A DNA stretch of 62,862 nucleotides, filler included, from Neolecta irregularis DAH-3 (taxonomy: Eukaryota), in NCBI GenBank assembly GCA_001929475.1. It is 11 parts of 11 records of this genome, joined end to end, with 100 filler letters (N's around TTAATTAATTAA, not from the genome) between each part and the next. Parts side by side here need not be neighbours in the genome. Positions count along the whole stretch, not along the records: positions 27,875 to 46,479 come from LXFE01000663.1; positions 46,580 to 50,058 come from LXFE01000664.1; positions 50,159 to 57,461 come from LXFE01000667.1; 8 more parts are not named here. One strand, 5' to 3'. Positions within the stretch are counted from its first letter, which is position 1. Each line of letters starts with the position of its first letter. Below are positions 40,390 to 52,080 of this stretch, in pieces. The translations under genes and the position numbers were made by a program. The notes under the pieces were generated by a model that was given only the letters and a program-made list of their open reading frames with translations, made no database searches and had not been told where the DNA came from.

Positions 40390-42463
40390 TGTAGATGGAT
40401 TTTATTAGAAGTGTTGGTAAATTCGAAGAGGTGATGACGACGTAAGTTGGACGAGAATATCCACTCGCCAGATATGTATGAATTCCTTTATATCCTATGA
40501 ATTTTACATTTACGAGTAAAGAAGTTTAAAAGAGATCTTGTATATCTGAATGTTTTACGTCAGTCGACATGACCTGCAAATCTTGCGGTGCGAATATTTC
40601 TCCACTCCGAAGAAAATGTCGATATCCTAGATCTAAGGGGGATTGAAATCGTGCATACGCCATGATATCAACGACAATTTTGACTTGCGCTGGAATAAAA
40701 GATACGATAAGAATACATGTAAAAGTGTTTGAGTCAAGTTAAAGGTAATTCCCCAGGTAGTCAACAATCATTGTGGGATTTTTCTGGTGACGACAAGTTT
40801 CTTAAATGGCTTCTGGCCATGGTTTTGACCCATTTTGGCTTCAGGGTTGTCCCATTAGCGCTTCTTTTAGAAGCTTGTTCTGAGCGAGCCAGTTAATCCT
40901 TTTCTTCATGACTTACTTCCAAGGTGACGAACTTGTACCTTGTTTAACCACCTGTTTTAATATATCATCGTGTCCGCACGGAGTTTGTCAATATTTCTGG
41001 CCGCTTTGGACTAATGTATAAAGTCTGTCAGATCCCGTTACTTTTCGGTCAGATATTATTTTTTCACATCCGTCATGCCTATTTTTCAGTTCAATGTCAA
41101 CCATTGGAGGGAAATCTGAAGGTTCTTCTCGTCTATCTCGCATTCCTCGGCCAGTAAGACACTCGTACCATGTTTGAAAAGAACTTTCTACAGCAAGTGG
41201 TACTGCTTCCTTCCATGGTTCCGAAGTTGTTAAAACTGCTGAACATAACTTTTTCCAGTTCTGAAATTCAGATCTGGTCAAGTAAAATAGGGAATATATG
41301 CCATCCAGATACTCGATTATCTTCTCCAAATATGGCTTCAAAATCAAACACGAAGCCTCAAGGCACGTCGTCACAAAGTTCCAGTACCCCTGTTGCTTCC
41401 TGTTCAATACAACCAGGCCCGGCTATCGAACAAAGTCATCCACTAAGTTTGGCATCTTCCTGTACAAACACTTCTCGATTCCCTACTTCCAAACCTACTC
41501 TCAAGTCTTCTGGTCAAGCTTTATTATCGCGTCACAAAACCGTCTCGAGTGAGATACCACTTCCGCCTATAGCATCATCCGTTCAATATTCCACAGTTGG
41601 CTGTGGCTTTCAAAAACCATCAGAATTGGTTTGACTGATAATTTCCACTCATATCCAAGAATCTCTAGGGGCTATCATAATGAAACATACTCCGAAAAGT
41701 GCTCCTGGATCAGGAGAACCGGTTCAGCAAAGCATTGCCTTAACGACAACGCCTCTCAACACTCTTGTTGACTGCTCTGGGCTATTTAAAGATTCAGTTG
41801 AAAGTCCTATCGACACCATGAAGGCCGAATTTCATCAGCAGAATGGCAGTTAGGACTCTGTTTCGATGGTTGTTATTATTGCAACATCTCCTAAACAAGA
41901 ACATGTTGTCGTTGCATCTTGTTTTCCGATTTACACGAAAGACGCATCTCCAGTTGCCGAATCGCAACGTCGCCTTGCAAATACTACTCGGCCCATCAAC
42001 AAGGTGGTGGCACACCATCAAGTAACTCGATACAACACGAAGCAACGACAGGTAGCGCTGAAGCCCGGTTCTCTTGGAAATCGCTATTGATGGATGTTGA
42101 TGCTGTATTGCCTGGATGTGATTTTCCGCCTTCAAGGTCCACAACGGAAGCTTGACATCGATCTTGTTGGGAGATATGGCATATGTCAACTTCATTTCAT
42201 TGCCACGGGAATGTTGCATAGACAGCTATCACATCATCAAATACCGCCATTTCATCTGAGTATCACTATATGGAGTCCACCTTGCGATGTTTCAACATTT
42301 TGGGGCTATCTTCAAATTGATGAAAAACTTCCTCGCGATCGGAGCATGAGATACACGGTCTTTACATCGGATATTTTTAGAAAAACACAGGATCATCAAA
42401 TAAGCCCAACCGTCTATGAAATTACAAACCGAAGAAAAACATATCCGACCAATGTATAACAGT

Positions 42464-44919
42464 TTAAAAATCTTCCGTACCCTCAACAGTTAGATCTTTG
42501 GAAATTATTAAATCGTCCAGCTGTTCGCTACCTTTGATTTCTAGCCCCTTCTCATTCGCAAGGTGTAACAGACAAATAAAACAAAAGCTCGTCGAGATAT
42601 CAGCCATCGCTTTTTCTGTGTATGATTTCGCCAGTCCGTTGATGATTTCAGTGAATCTGCGAGGTTCGTTGGATGTTGATTTAGGCGGTAACGAAGGGAC
42701 ATCTAGATCCATCATCTGTTCAGTTAGCAATGAAGCTTGATAAGACTTACCATTGTGTCCTCATCTGGCAGTTCTTGTTTATCCTCAAGGTCAAGCTGCT
42801 GCCAAATGTTTTCCTTCAACTTCCTTACGTCAACCTTCTTTGCGACTCGTGCAAAGTTAACGTATTCAGACTTTGCTCTCCTTGCTTGCGCAATGAGATC
42901 ACTTCCAAAATTACCTTCCTGCGTTGCAGTTGGGATATCTGGAGATTCTCTTGCATCCACAAAATCATCGTCATCATCAGGAATCATTACACCACCATCA
43001 TCATCGTGAAAAAAATTAGCATCATAGGTTTGCTTAGGCACTACATCATTAGTCGAAAATTTGTCATGCTTCCATGCAGTCATTGCTTTCATGATTGATT
43101 GTCTGATTCGCATTCGCCCAAAACTTTTCGTCCATATCAACATATTCGCCATTTCGATTTGGGCCATTTGAATGTAGCTTATTAGTTAGTCTACCCAATA
43201 ATTGTTTGTAGATACCATAAACTTTGGCTTAATGAACAAGCTCAATAGCTGCTTTGAACTGAAATGAATATCATCTGGCAGTAAATTCCTTGTCGTAGAT
43301 TTCCACTGCGTTTTCGGAAGATAAATCGTAGCTCCTCCTTGTGAAAAAAGAGAGTCCTCGTCAAGATTATCTGCATCCATGAAATCAATCTGAAAAACTT
43401 CCTTCTCCTTCCGTTTCCTTGGTTCCGCTGAACTGGAATTTTCTTCCTATAAATACCTATTTCTGAAAGTGATCATATACCTTTCTTTAGCCTCTGAATC
43501 CTCCAATGTTCGGGTCCTGCCCAATTTCTCCTTAATGCCTGATCAAAATACGCAAAAAGATTATTCTCATCACCAGCTTTCATAACCATGACATAATCGC
43601 TCTCGGTTAGATTCTTCAGGGGTCCAAATCCCTCTGATGCCCGTTCCATTTCTCCTGCAACGGATTCATTGGCCCAGGCATCTCCCCCTTCACCGAAAAT
43701 AGGGTTGTCGTCTTCTAAGCCATTCATAAAAGACAGGTCCACTCCGGGATCACTGTCATTATCTTCCAGTAGTGCTGGATCATCTCCATCGTTGACTAAA
43801 GAAGAATCACTGTTTTCAGTTTTGGAGTCAAGATGGTCTTTCGCCCATGGGATGTCGAAATTTTTGCAATTGCCAAATTCAAAATCTTTAAGGCTCGGGC
43901 AGATATCTTTCTCATCTAGTAATTCAAGGTCGGGTAGAAATCGATTTCGAAGGGAAAATATATCAATATCGATATGTTCATTTGTTTCATCCTTCTTGTC
44001 TTTGACTGCTGCGTCACTGGCATCGAATACAATCCTCCCTTCACCATCTATGCAAAGGTGATTGAGTAAGAGTCCTTTCGCACCACCTTCATCAAAATCG
44101 GCAGAGGTCTTTTTGAAAAGTGGATCAACGGAAAATTCCAGGTCAAATTTCTTGATTTGGAGAACAGCAAAGTCCTTAACGAGGGTCGCTTCTGATCGAT
44201 TTGCCTGAACCATTAGCTTATCAATTTTAGGAACATTATACCCTCCGTTTCTTAGCCTTCTCATCTCCAGACCCCAGATCACCATCTTCTTCACTTTGTA
44301 CTTTTTTCGAGGCTAGGTTGTGAGCGGGGGGCCGGACGGTTGAGAAACACTTGAACTATCAGCCAACCCACTCAGCAATTTCCCTGTTTCTGTAGCGACT
44401 GAATCTATTCGCGAGGTGTAAATTTTGACACATCCGTCGAGCGTGCACGATGCTTTCTGAAAGTTGATTCCATCACCATCTCTCAATAACGACATCTCGT
44501 GAAAATAATCAATTAATGCGAAATTCCAACTATTGGTGGCATTAATTTTCTGATATTTAGTAGAGCGCTTCTAAGAAACGCACATTGTCAGTCGCCAACT
44601 TCATCCATTCTTCAAAATCAGCCAATATAGGGACCTTTACTGCGGGTGTGATTGGCACCAGTCCCTTTGGTCTTTGATCATCGGGTGTTAAAGGCGAAGA
44701 GCCAAAATGTGTTTGGTGTGGAAGAGCTCTGCGTGGAGTGGCAGCAGCAATTAGATTACTTCTATTTTGAATATCGCGAGCAGACTTTTCGTCTCTCCGT
44801 CGTTGTTTTTCGGCAGAATCGTCATTTAACGGCACGAGCCTGGATAATGGAGTCGCGCCGTTTTTCGAAGGTGATCTAATCAGCGATTTGTGTCGAGAAT
44901 GTTTAGCTGGTGGTTGCAT
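42464..44919 (-). CDS. BRN1: condensin kleisin subunit Brn1/Cnd2 (barren), multi-exon
   Basis: FEEWMKLATDNKINA, NFQKASCTLDGCVKIYTSRIDSV, DPLFKKTSADFDEGGAKGLLL, NWAGPEHW, FICLLHLANEKGL. Confidence 0.97.
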
Positions 44920-45333
44920 AAAAGGTCCAAGTGAACAATTGTGGTGGTTGATGACGCGTGATCTGCGCGTTTCTTGATCTGCTCTGGTGGTGGATAATTC
45001 TTTGCTAAAAATATAAAGGCCTTGATGGACATTGTAAGCTTGTTCAAACACAATTGATAGATTGCTCTGCTCTTGAAACAGATTCTCTTGCATTTTAGAC
45101 TCAATCAAGGATTCAAGATTGTCTTCGACCTTGACTGAGCTCAAATGGAGAGAAGCACTTCACAACCTCCAAGACTTACATTGGCATATAGGAAATGAGT
45201 GAAGAGATCGTTCCAGTGATGGCAAATATTATAGGCGTCTATTTGTAGTTATTCTACTATTGGCTCTCTATTCCCCTGACTTGTCCGCAAATCCCAGTTT
45301 TGTCTTCATGATCTCTGCCAAATAAGAAAGATA

Positions 45334-46035
45334 TGATACTCAGAAATGTTCCAAATTCCTATAGTCACTAGTACTGCCGATGACTATTGAGGAATCATCA
45401 TAACTTACTTGATCTCATTTTAGCCTTGGAAGTTTTTTACAATGCGGTAATTCATTCGCCTAATTATTTGAGTTGGGGTGATTCGTCACTCGAAATCGAT
45501 GAATCCACAAGTGATTTCTTTTGGAAGGAAAGTCATATTTGCAAACAGTTCCAGGAATGTGTACGTATCACTCTGACAGGGTGTAACGGAGACTCCCTCC
45601 TGGAGCAGGTATGGATAGGGTGGAGGAGAAGTACAATCATATCCCGGTGGAAGAGGACCGCATAGCCCAAGCACTTGTATATAATTAGCACCATGTGGAC
45701 AGTGGCCGTCATCTTGCTAGTGACGACTCACTGCCACATAGGTATGGGGAATACGATCTTGTTAGTGACGATTCGCTGCCACATAGATCACCTCTCCTCT
45801 GTGACACAGGGGGCATGGCGTTTACTACGAACCTCCAAATTATATTGGAGAACTTGAAGTAATCACTTTTGATGGAAACAGGAATCGCAAGTTTTACGTT
45901 TGCCAAGAAGAGATTGGTCGAACAATACGTTATTTCAGAGGCTTGGATGATATCGGGATGAATTGCGAGATAGTTAGAACATTCCGGGATTCTCCAAGGC
46001 AATGTCCAGCGTACTTTGGTGAGGGCTTGACATGA
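45334..46035 (+). pseudogene. disrupted paralogue of the 30054-30625 secreted protein (start approximate)
   Basis: LEVFYNA...CVRITLTG [LTR] GMAFTT / NYIGELEVITFDGNRNRKFYVCQE aligns with the paralogue; frameshift and broken signal exon. Confidence 0.8.
45582..45806. mobile_element. solo LTR (225 bp)
   Basis: TGTAACGGAG...CTCTGTGACA ends with perfect 5-bp TSD CAGGG (45577-45581, 45807-45811); TATATAA inside. Confidence 0.92.
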
Positions 46036-46229
46036 GTGGTGGTACTAGGTTTCTCATAAGTGGAGATTGGTGGGTATCCCTGCCAAGGCCAAAGCAGGCA
46101 TATTGAACATCTTGGGAATATTATTTCCATTTTATATTCTGAAATCACTGAATTTAGGCTTGAAATCTTTTTTCTGTTGCTATTGAATAGGTCAGGAATG
46201 CAGCAATTCTATTAATCTAATGATTTAAT

Positions 46230-46290
46230 CAGTGTGTCCAACCGCCCGCCCGACCTCGCAGAAGCCCCCGGTGGACGATTGGACACACTG
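46230..46290. mobile_element. 61-bp hAT-like MITE
   Basis: Perfect 12-bp TIR CAGTGTGTCCAA/TTGGACACACTG; imperfect 8-bp flanks GATTTAAT/GTTCTAAT. Confidence 0.75.
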
Positions 46291-46579
46291 GTTCTAATCT
46301 CTTCAAACCTATTCTAAATCTAGTTCGATTAAATTCTCAGAGTTCCGGTATGAGAAAGGTCTAGCGGCAGGAATTCTTGTAGTTATCCGTGCGATTCGGA
46401 TCTGTTGTGCAAAATATGAGGACGACAGCGAAATATCAACGTAATTGATTAAGTACCAGTAGTACTTGTTTCAACCCCGNNNNNNNNNNNNNNNNNNNNN
46501 NNNNNNNNNNNNNNNNNNNNNNNTTAATTAATTAANNNNNNNNNNNNNNNNNNNNNNNNNNNNNNNNNNNNNNNNNNNN

Positions 46580-46858
46580 AAGTAGGAGAGGCAGGCGAAG
46601 TAGGAGAGGCAGGCGAAGTAGGAGAGGCAGGCGAAGTAGGAGAGGTGGGCAGGGTGGGTAGGAAGGTGGATAGAGTTAAGAAATGGAAGGGGAAGGCCCT
46701 CACCACCACTACTACTATATGCTATCCAAATATCCAAATATCCAAATATTTGACTACTAGGATTTGGTTTATATTTGGCTAATTTTGAGCTCATTTGATT
46801 TGGCTATTTGGCAAATATTTGAATTTGGTTATTGTGGTTTGATTTGTTAGGAACACTG
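46580..46858. mobile_element. terminus of a CAGTG-ended element with 18-bp tandem repeat (AAGTAGGAGAGGCAGGCG)x3.5
   Basis: Tandem repeat at 46580-46645, AAATATCC x3, ends GAACACTG. Confidence 0.5.
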
Positions 46859-47410
46859 CTAAATGTTTCAAGACTTTGATGAACCATGGACTCAAGATTG
46901 GCAATCATCTCAATGGGGAGAGAGGCGGGAGAGAGGCGGGTGAGACAGAACGCTGGAATGACGGAGAGCACCGGCGGGGGTAATCCTGATGGCTATGATG
47001 ATGTGTAAGCACGCGACCGTGGGGGTTGGTGTTTCTCGGACCTGGGCGTAGTATTCTGCAACTGGTGCCTCACGTAAAGCAATACAGATATTGGATAATG
47101 GGTTTCAGTGTAGTCGGCTAGTCCTGCGAAACGCTACTTGTAAACAGACTCGGCTCGTTTGTTGAGGTGTTCGCCTCGCTTTGCCCTGCGATGCCTGCGA
47201 TAGGCCGGAACTGGATGGGCGGCCCCCTGTGCTCCTCTCGACGATTGGACGGTGGCCGGAGACCACCTGGCGGGTCATCTTACGGTTGGGCAGAATCGCA
47301 GCAGGGGTCTGTTTCACTATTTCCGACGGGACAATATATAAACGACGTTGGGCAGCATCTATTTTAATAATCTACGCGTCGTTTTTCACGTTCCTATTCT
47401 TCCAATATTC

Positions 47411-47575
47411 ATGAATCGCTTCCACACCGTGCTTACCATATTCGGGTTGTTCTGTCCTTTGGGATTGTCAATGCCATTTGATGCAAGCGCGTCATTGACA
47501 ATACGTGAGAGCCAACCTGATCGTATAATTCGACGAGAGGGTTGTCTCCATTCTAGATCAGACAAGACTGATTAA
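47411..47575 (+). CDS. secreted peptide precursor (54 aa, intronless): signal + pro + RR + EGCLHSRSDKTD
   Basis: MNRFHTVLTIFGLFCPLGLSMP...IIRREGCLH; TATATAA at about 47335; clear paralogue at 49776-49977. Confidence 0.7.
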   Translation: MNRFHTVLTIFGLFCPLGLSMPFDASASLTIRESQPDRIIRREGCLHSRSDKTD

Positions 47576-47959
47576 ATATAGCCCAGAGCTTGTTCCTAAA
47601 TTTTGTCTCGCTGAGGGGGGGAGGTGGTGGCGCTAATACACAAGTGACAATACTTGTCTGGTTGTACTGAATCGTTAGGTCGCCCAGTAGGAATCCGATT
47701 TAATCTGGGAAATGTGATCAAGTAGATGGTGTCTGAATCTTCTTGAGGGTTGGGATTGTATTGTGTTGTGCTGTCTTTGGTCGGGTGGTTGATTAACAGA
47801 GATTTTCGTTGCTCCATTTAGTGTGCTCTTCCCTAAACTCGGCAGGCAGCGGTATTATGATATGAGCTTTGTATCTATTTGTGAGTGAACCTATGTACTC
47901 TTTAATTTTTAATCTTGTCGCTCAAGAAAAGGCACTCCCTTGGCCTAACTCCACTCCAA

Positions 47960-48830
47960 ATGAACAGTCGGCGATTTCTCTCACTATGCCCTATCCCCTC
48001 TCGTACTTGTATTCATCGTGCCATCTGACTTGTAGGCAGTCCATCACTTTATCCAGGTCATGTTCCTCTCTCGCTACCTGAACGAATTATGCTTGCCATC
48101 GGCTCTGCAGTAATGTCTCTTTACAATCCTCGTCGCGCCGGTACTAGCCCTTTGTCTATTCGCCGACTTGACGAAAAGACATGATTGCGGCACTATCTGA
48201 AGCAACGTGTTCACCCTTCTTCATCCAGGCCCTACACAGAGACATGCTCTCTACAAAATCAGGAAGAAGAGTCCTACGTGATCGACCAAGAATAACATCA
48301 GCATCCCTAAACCTACCCAAACTCCGCTCCCTACCAGCAGGATCTGTCGGTAAAGAATATGTTAATTGGCTGGACGTGGAACACGTCAGCCCCGATACCC
48401 GAACACCCGTAATAACCCTTAGCATTTTTAATCAATTGATAACAAGGTTCGATACATTGACGATCCGGAATTAGCCTACGTTATGCAACGGCACCGCGAA
48501 TCCCACGATTTCTACCACGCAATCACTGGTCTTCCCGTTTTCATCGAAGGTGAAATCGCATTAAAATGGTTCGAGTGGTGTAACATGCGTCTCCCCGTTG
48601 CCGCCCTCTCGGCTTTATTCGCACCTTTAAAACTCCCCTCGCCTGCTCGTCGGCGGTTGAGGGAAATTTATATCCCATGGGCTGTGCGTAATGGATTGAA
48701 AGCAAACAGTTTAATTGACGTTTACTGGGAAGAAGAAATTGAGAATTCTGCAGATGAACTGAGGGCGCGACTGGGAATTGAACGACCACCTGATTTGAGA
48801 AATTTGAGAAGAGAGACAAAAGGACCGTGA
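47960..48830 (+). CDS. COQ4: ubiquinone biosynthesis protein Coq4, multi-exon
   Basis: [39 protein letters not shown]...GEIALKWFE. Confidence 0.96.
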
Positions 48831-49006
48831 CAAGATTTGTTGATTTGGGGGTTTCCGCTTCTGAGCAATCTGTTGACCTTTCTCGATATATTCAGCCATA
48901 GTGTCGAAGGCATAACTACTGTTTACGATCCATTGAATATAATACTTTTCATTGATGGAAGGGACATTCACCTGCTCCTCGTTGACAAGAAATAAAAAAT
49001 AAAAAA

Positions 49007-49122
49007 GGAAGAAGCAACAAGTCCCAACCCCGGGATCCCCCTAGCCATGCAGCGCTCTGCATACTCCCAATGGTTCACATTACCCAGGGCGACAGCTAAC
49101 TGAGAAACCTCCGTTGACTTCC
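49007..49122 (-). ncRNA. candidate structured ncRNA of unknown class, followed by an oligo-T tract
   Basis: GC-rich island with nested helices (see findings) and T6-A-T6 immediately downstream. Confidence 0.35.
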
Positions 49123-49304
49123 GAAATACTGATGATCGAAGGAATTATGAAGGCGCTTGAATTTGAAGGAACGAAGGGCAAGGATTTGAGGATAATTATT
49201 TGAAATAAATAAATATAATATTGGATTTAATGAAGGTTGATTATTAAATGCCCAACAATTGAGGGCGTAGGGGTGGAAAAGGCCATTCTACGCATTCATA
49301 CAAA

Positions 49305-49388
49305 CATAGCACTTGATACTGGTATTGTCAAGATATCAAAAGCTAGGTGACTGAGAGTTGGATAGGTGGTTTGTTGCTGTATCCAGTA
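49305..49388 (-). mobile_element. hAT dimerisation-domain fragment (N-terminal half)
   Basis: YWIQQQTTYPTLSHLAFDILTIPVSSA; last 15 nt identical to the start of the 29108-29251 fragment. Confidence 0.75.
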
Positions 49389-49775
49389 AGTTAGGGTTAG
49401 GGTTTTACAGAAAGCTTGATCAAGCAGAATTGGTTTTTGGCACAAAGCCTTTTAAGGTCCCACAGAGATACATAATCACACCCATATGATAATACTGCTG
49501 CCTGTCGAGTTTAAGGAAGAGCACATTAAAAGCAACAAAAATCTCTGTTAAACCACTAGGCAAACGATGGCAGAACACAATACAAAGTCAATTGTCAAGA
49601 GAAATAACAGATCAATTTCACTTCTTCCCATTTCCTGGAGGCAAACGGAAGCAAGCCCCTATCGTTTCAGTACCATTGGACAAATATCGTCAAATACTAA
49701 TATAAACGTTAGTCATCTGGCAGCTCAGTCGAAGTCCAATCTTGGAACAAGCTCTTGGCTATTCTTTGTCAATCA

Positions 49776-49977
49776 TTATTTGCAATGGAGACAACCGTCT
49801 CGTCGAAATTTTGGACTGCCTGGAAGATGTCAGCACAAAGCCTGATCCAATTGTCGTCATACCATCATCAGGTTGGTTATCAGGTTTGGTCAATGACGCG
49901 CTCACATCAAGTGGCATCGTCAATCCCAAAGGACAGAACAAAACGAATATGGTAAACACGGTGTAGAAGTACTTCAT
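49776..49977 (-). CDS. secreted peptide precursor (52 aa; intron 49820-49862): signal + pro + RR + DGCLHCK
   Basis: GTATGA..GCTGAC..CAG intron removal gives MKYFYTVFTIFVLFCPLGLTMPLDVSASLTKPDNQPDDGSPKFRRDGCLHCK*, colinear with the intronless paralogue. Confidence 0.75.
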
Positions 49978-50158
49978 GGAAAGATCGAAAATAAGTAGTG
50001 AATTGCTAAAGCAGATACCCAAGCGAACGTGGTGTATTTATTGTCCCGGAGAAAATAGNNNNNNNNNNNNNNNNNNNNNNNNNNNNNNNNNNNNNNNNNN
50101 NNTTAATTAATTAANNNNNNNNNNNNNNNNNNNNNNNNNNNNNNNNNNNNNNNNNNNN

Positions 50159-52080
50159 GTGAAATACTTACTAGCACCCCGAAATATCCAACAGAGAATT
50201 CTGATAAAAACCATGCAAAGAATGTTCTCCGGGAAGGGGTCAATAGACATAAAATCCACCAACCAGTCTCGACCTCCCAATTTATACGGGGCGACACCAC
50301 TGGGGACAACAATGCCTTGTGGAGTGAAATTATTGCCAAATCTTCTATTGGTACTTCGAAATCCACAACAAACGATTACAATGACGATCGTAATAAGGTT
50401 CTTGCAAAGAAAGTCACCTTAGCAAACAAGGCCGTCTCGCAAGTCACGATTTCAAAGACAATTTCAAAGACCAATGCATCATTCGTATCCAGAACTAACG
50501 AGAAACAATCTGCACTATCTTCCAAGTCTGAGATATTGTCTGTAAAATCATCGACGGACATTCTACACAAATGGTGTAAAAATCATAAAAGTACAGTTAA
50601 AGAATCTACACCAAAATGTTCCTCTTCAAAGTCATCAAAGTCAATGACAGGATCGCAAAGCTCTTTGACATTAAAATCCATGGAAGCGAAAGTCACTGCT
50701 ATGTACAAAGACCTGGATGGAATAAAAGTGGTTGAGAGTGCAGAGATTTCATTAGAGGTTCCGTCCACTTCTGTTCCTGCACATATGAGTGGTGCTTTGG
50801 GTCCCGATACGGTTCTCGTAAAGAAAGTGCCTAATCAACTCACCACCGCAAACATGATCATCCCACAAGTCTCGACTACGAAAATCCCTTCAAAGAATGT
50901 TGCATCAAGCTTATCCAGTAATAACCAGCAACAATCTGCCCAACGTTCTCTGTCCAGGCGTTTCTCTGCCAAATCATCTGATGGAATTCCACGCAAAACC
51001 CACAACAATGATATTGGCATAGTTCAAGTATCTTCATCAAAAGATGTATCACCGGAATTTTCAAAGTCGATGACTGAATCACAAAACTCCTTAACATCCT
51101 TCGGCAAAGCATTCCTGGAAGCGAAGGCCGATAAGGTAGAAGATCATTTGGGTCAAATGATCGTTGTCGAGAGCTCAGAGGTCTCTGAAAAATTACAATC
51201 CACTCCGGCTCCGGAGCCAAATTCTGGGAAAGGCAATAAAACAGCCCCAGAGAAGAGCAAGAAGAATAAAAATCCTAGGAAAGGTGGCGATGATAGCGAT
51301 TTGGATCAGTTTTTAAAAACCTATGTCAAGTCACCTGTAGAACTTGATCGAATCACAGACCCCATGAATCTACCGAAGATCAAAATCCCGAATGCATTAT
51401 TCTCTTCGCAAGAGTTTGGACAGTTATATTCAACTTTATCAAATTCTCGAGATGAAATTTCTGCAAAGTTACTTGATCGCTTCGCGAGGATTCAGTATGC
51501 TCAGAGTTCAGCGCAGATCAGGACGAAAGTTCTTTTCCTTGACGCAAGTGAACTTGCCCTAGGATATAGTCTCTCTCAGGAAAAGCCTTATGGCAAACAT
51601 TTTACATCTTCGGATTTCCTCTGGAGCTCTGTCACTAGAGATCCTCCGGAAAACATAGTTATGTTTTGGGCACCAAAAATAGAATCTCAACAGCATCAGG
51701 CGATATTCCTATTCAACTTCAACCTCAAATCTGGAGTTTTCACTGGTGCAGGTAAGAGGGAGTTTCGAAGCCAATTTTGTCAAAACATTTCAGCTCTTTC
51801 GGAGCTAGCAGATTTGATTCTTTCAAATTGTGCTTTTGATTATATTCCCACCTTCAAGCAGACACAATATTCATATTCGTCTATTGATAATCTAAAATTT
51901 CAGGCCTTCGGATTGGATTCAAATATCTTCCTCGCTGGTGAGGTTATGACAATCATGCAAAATATGACGCCAGAATCACCTTATCACCGTGCTCAATCAT
52001 ATAAGAAACCCATCGAATTCCTTTATATGATGAAAAAGGATATGGCAAGAGCCTTGGCGAAATATGCAGAAAAAATCTAG
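50159..52080 (+). CDS. large Ser/Lys-rich protein with degenerate Ulp1-like C-terminal domain, 5'-truncated
   Basis: Frame open from the scaffold edge (EILTSTPKY...), intronless, more than 630 codons; paralogue at 55726-57461. Confidence 0.8.

Noticed and set aside
40988..42459. Overlapping ORFs on both strands between RPT4 and BRN1
   Set aside because: No consistent exon structure or family motif could be built; may hide a gene or pseudogene
44557..45144. Extended BRN1 N-terminus from the ORF track
   Set aside because: Begins at a non-ATG codon; similarity to Cnd2 starts near the ATG at 44919
49391..49402. (TTAGGG)2 as telomere seed or telomerase RNA template
   Set aside because: Only two units and directly continuous with a hAT coding fragment; no supporting pseudoknot seen
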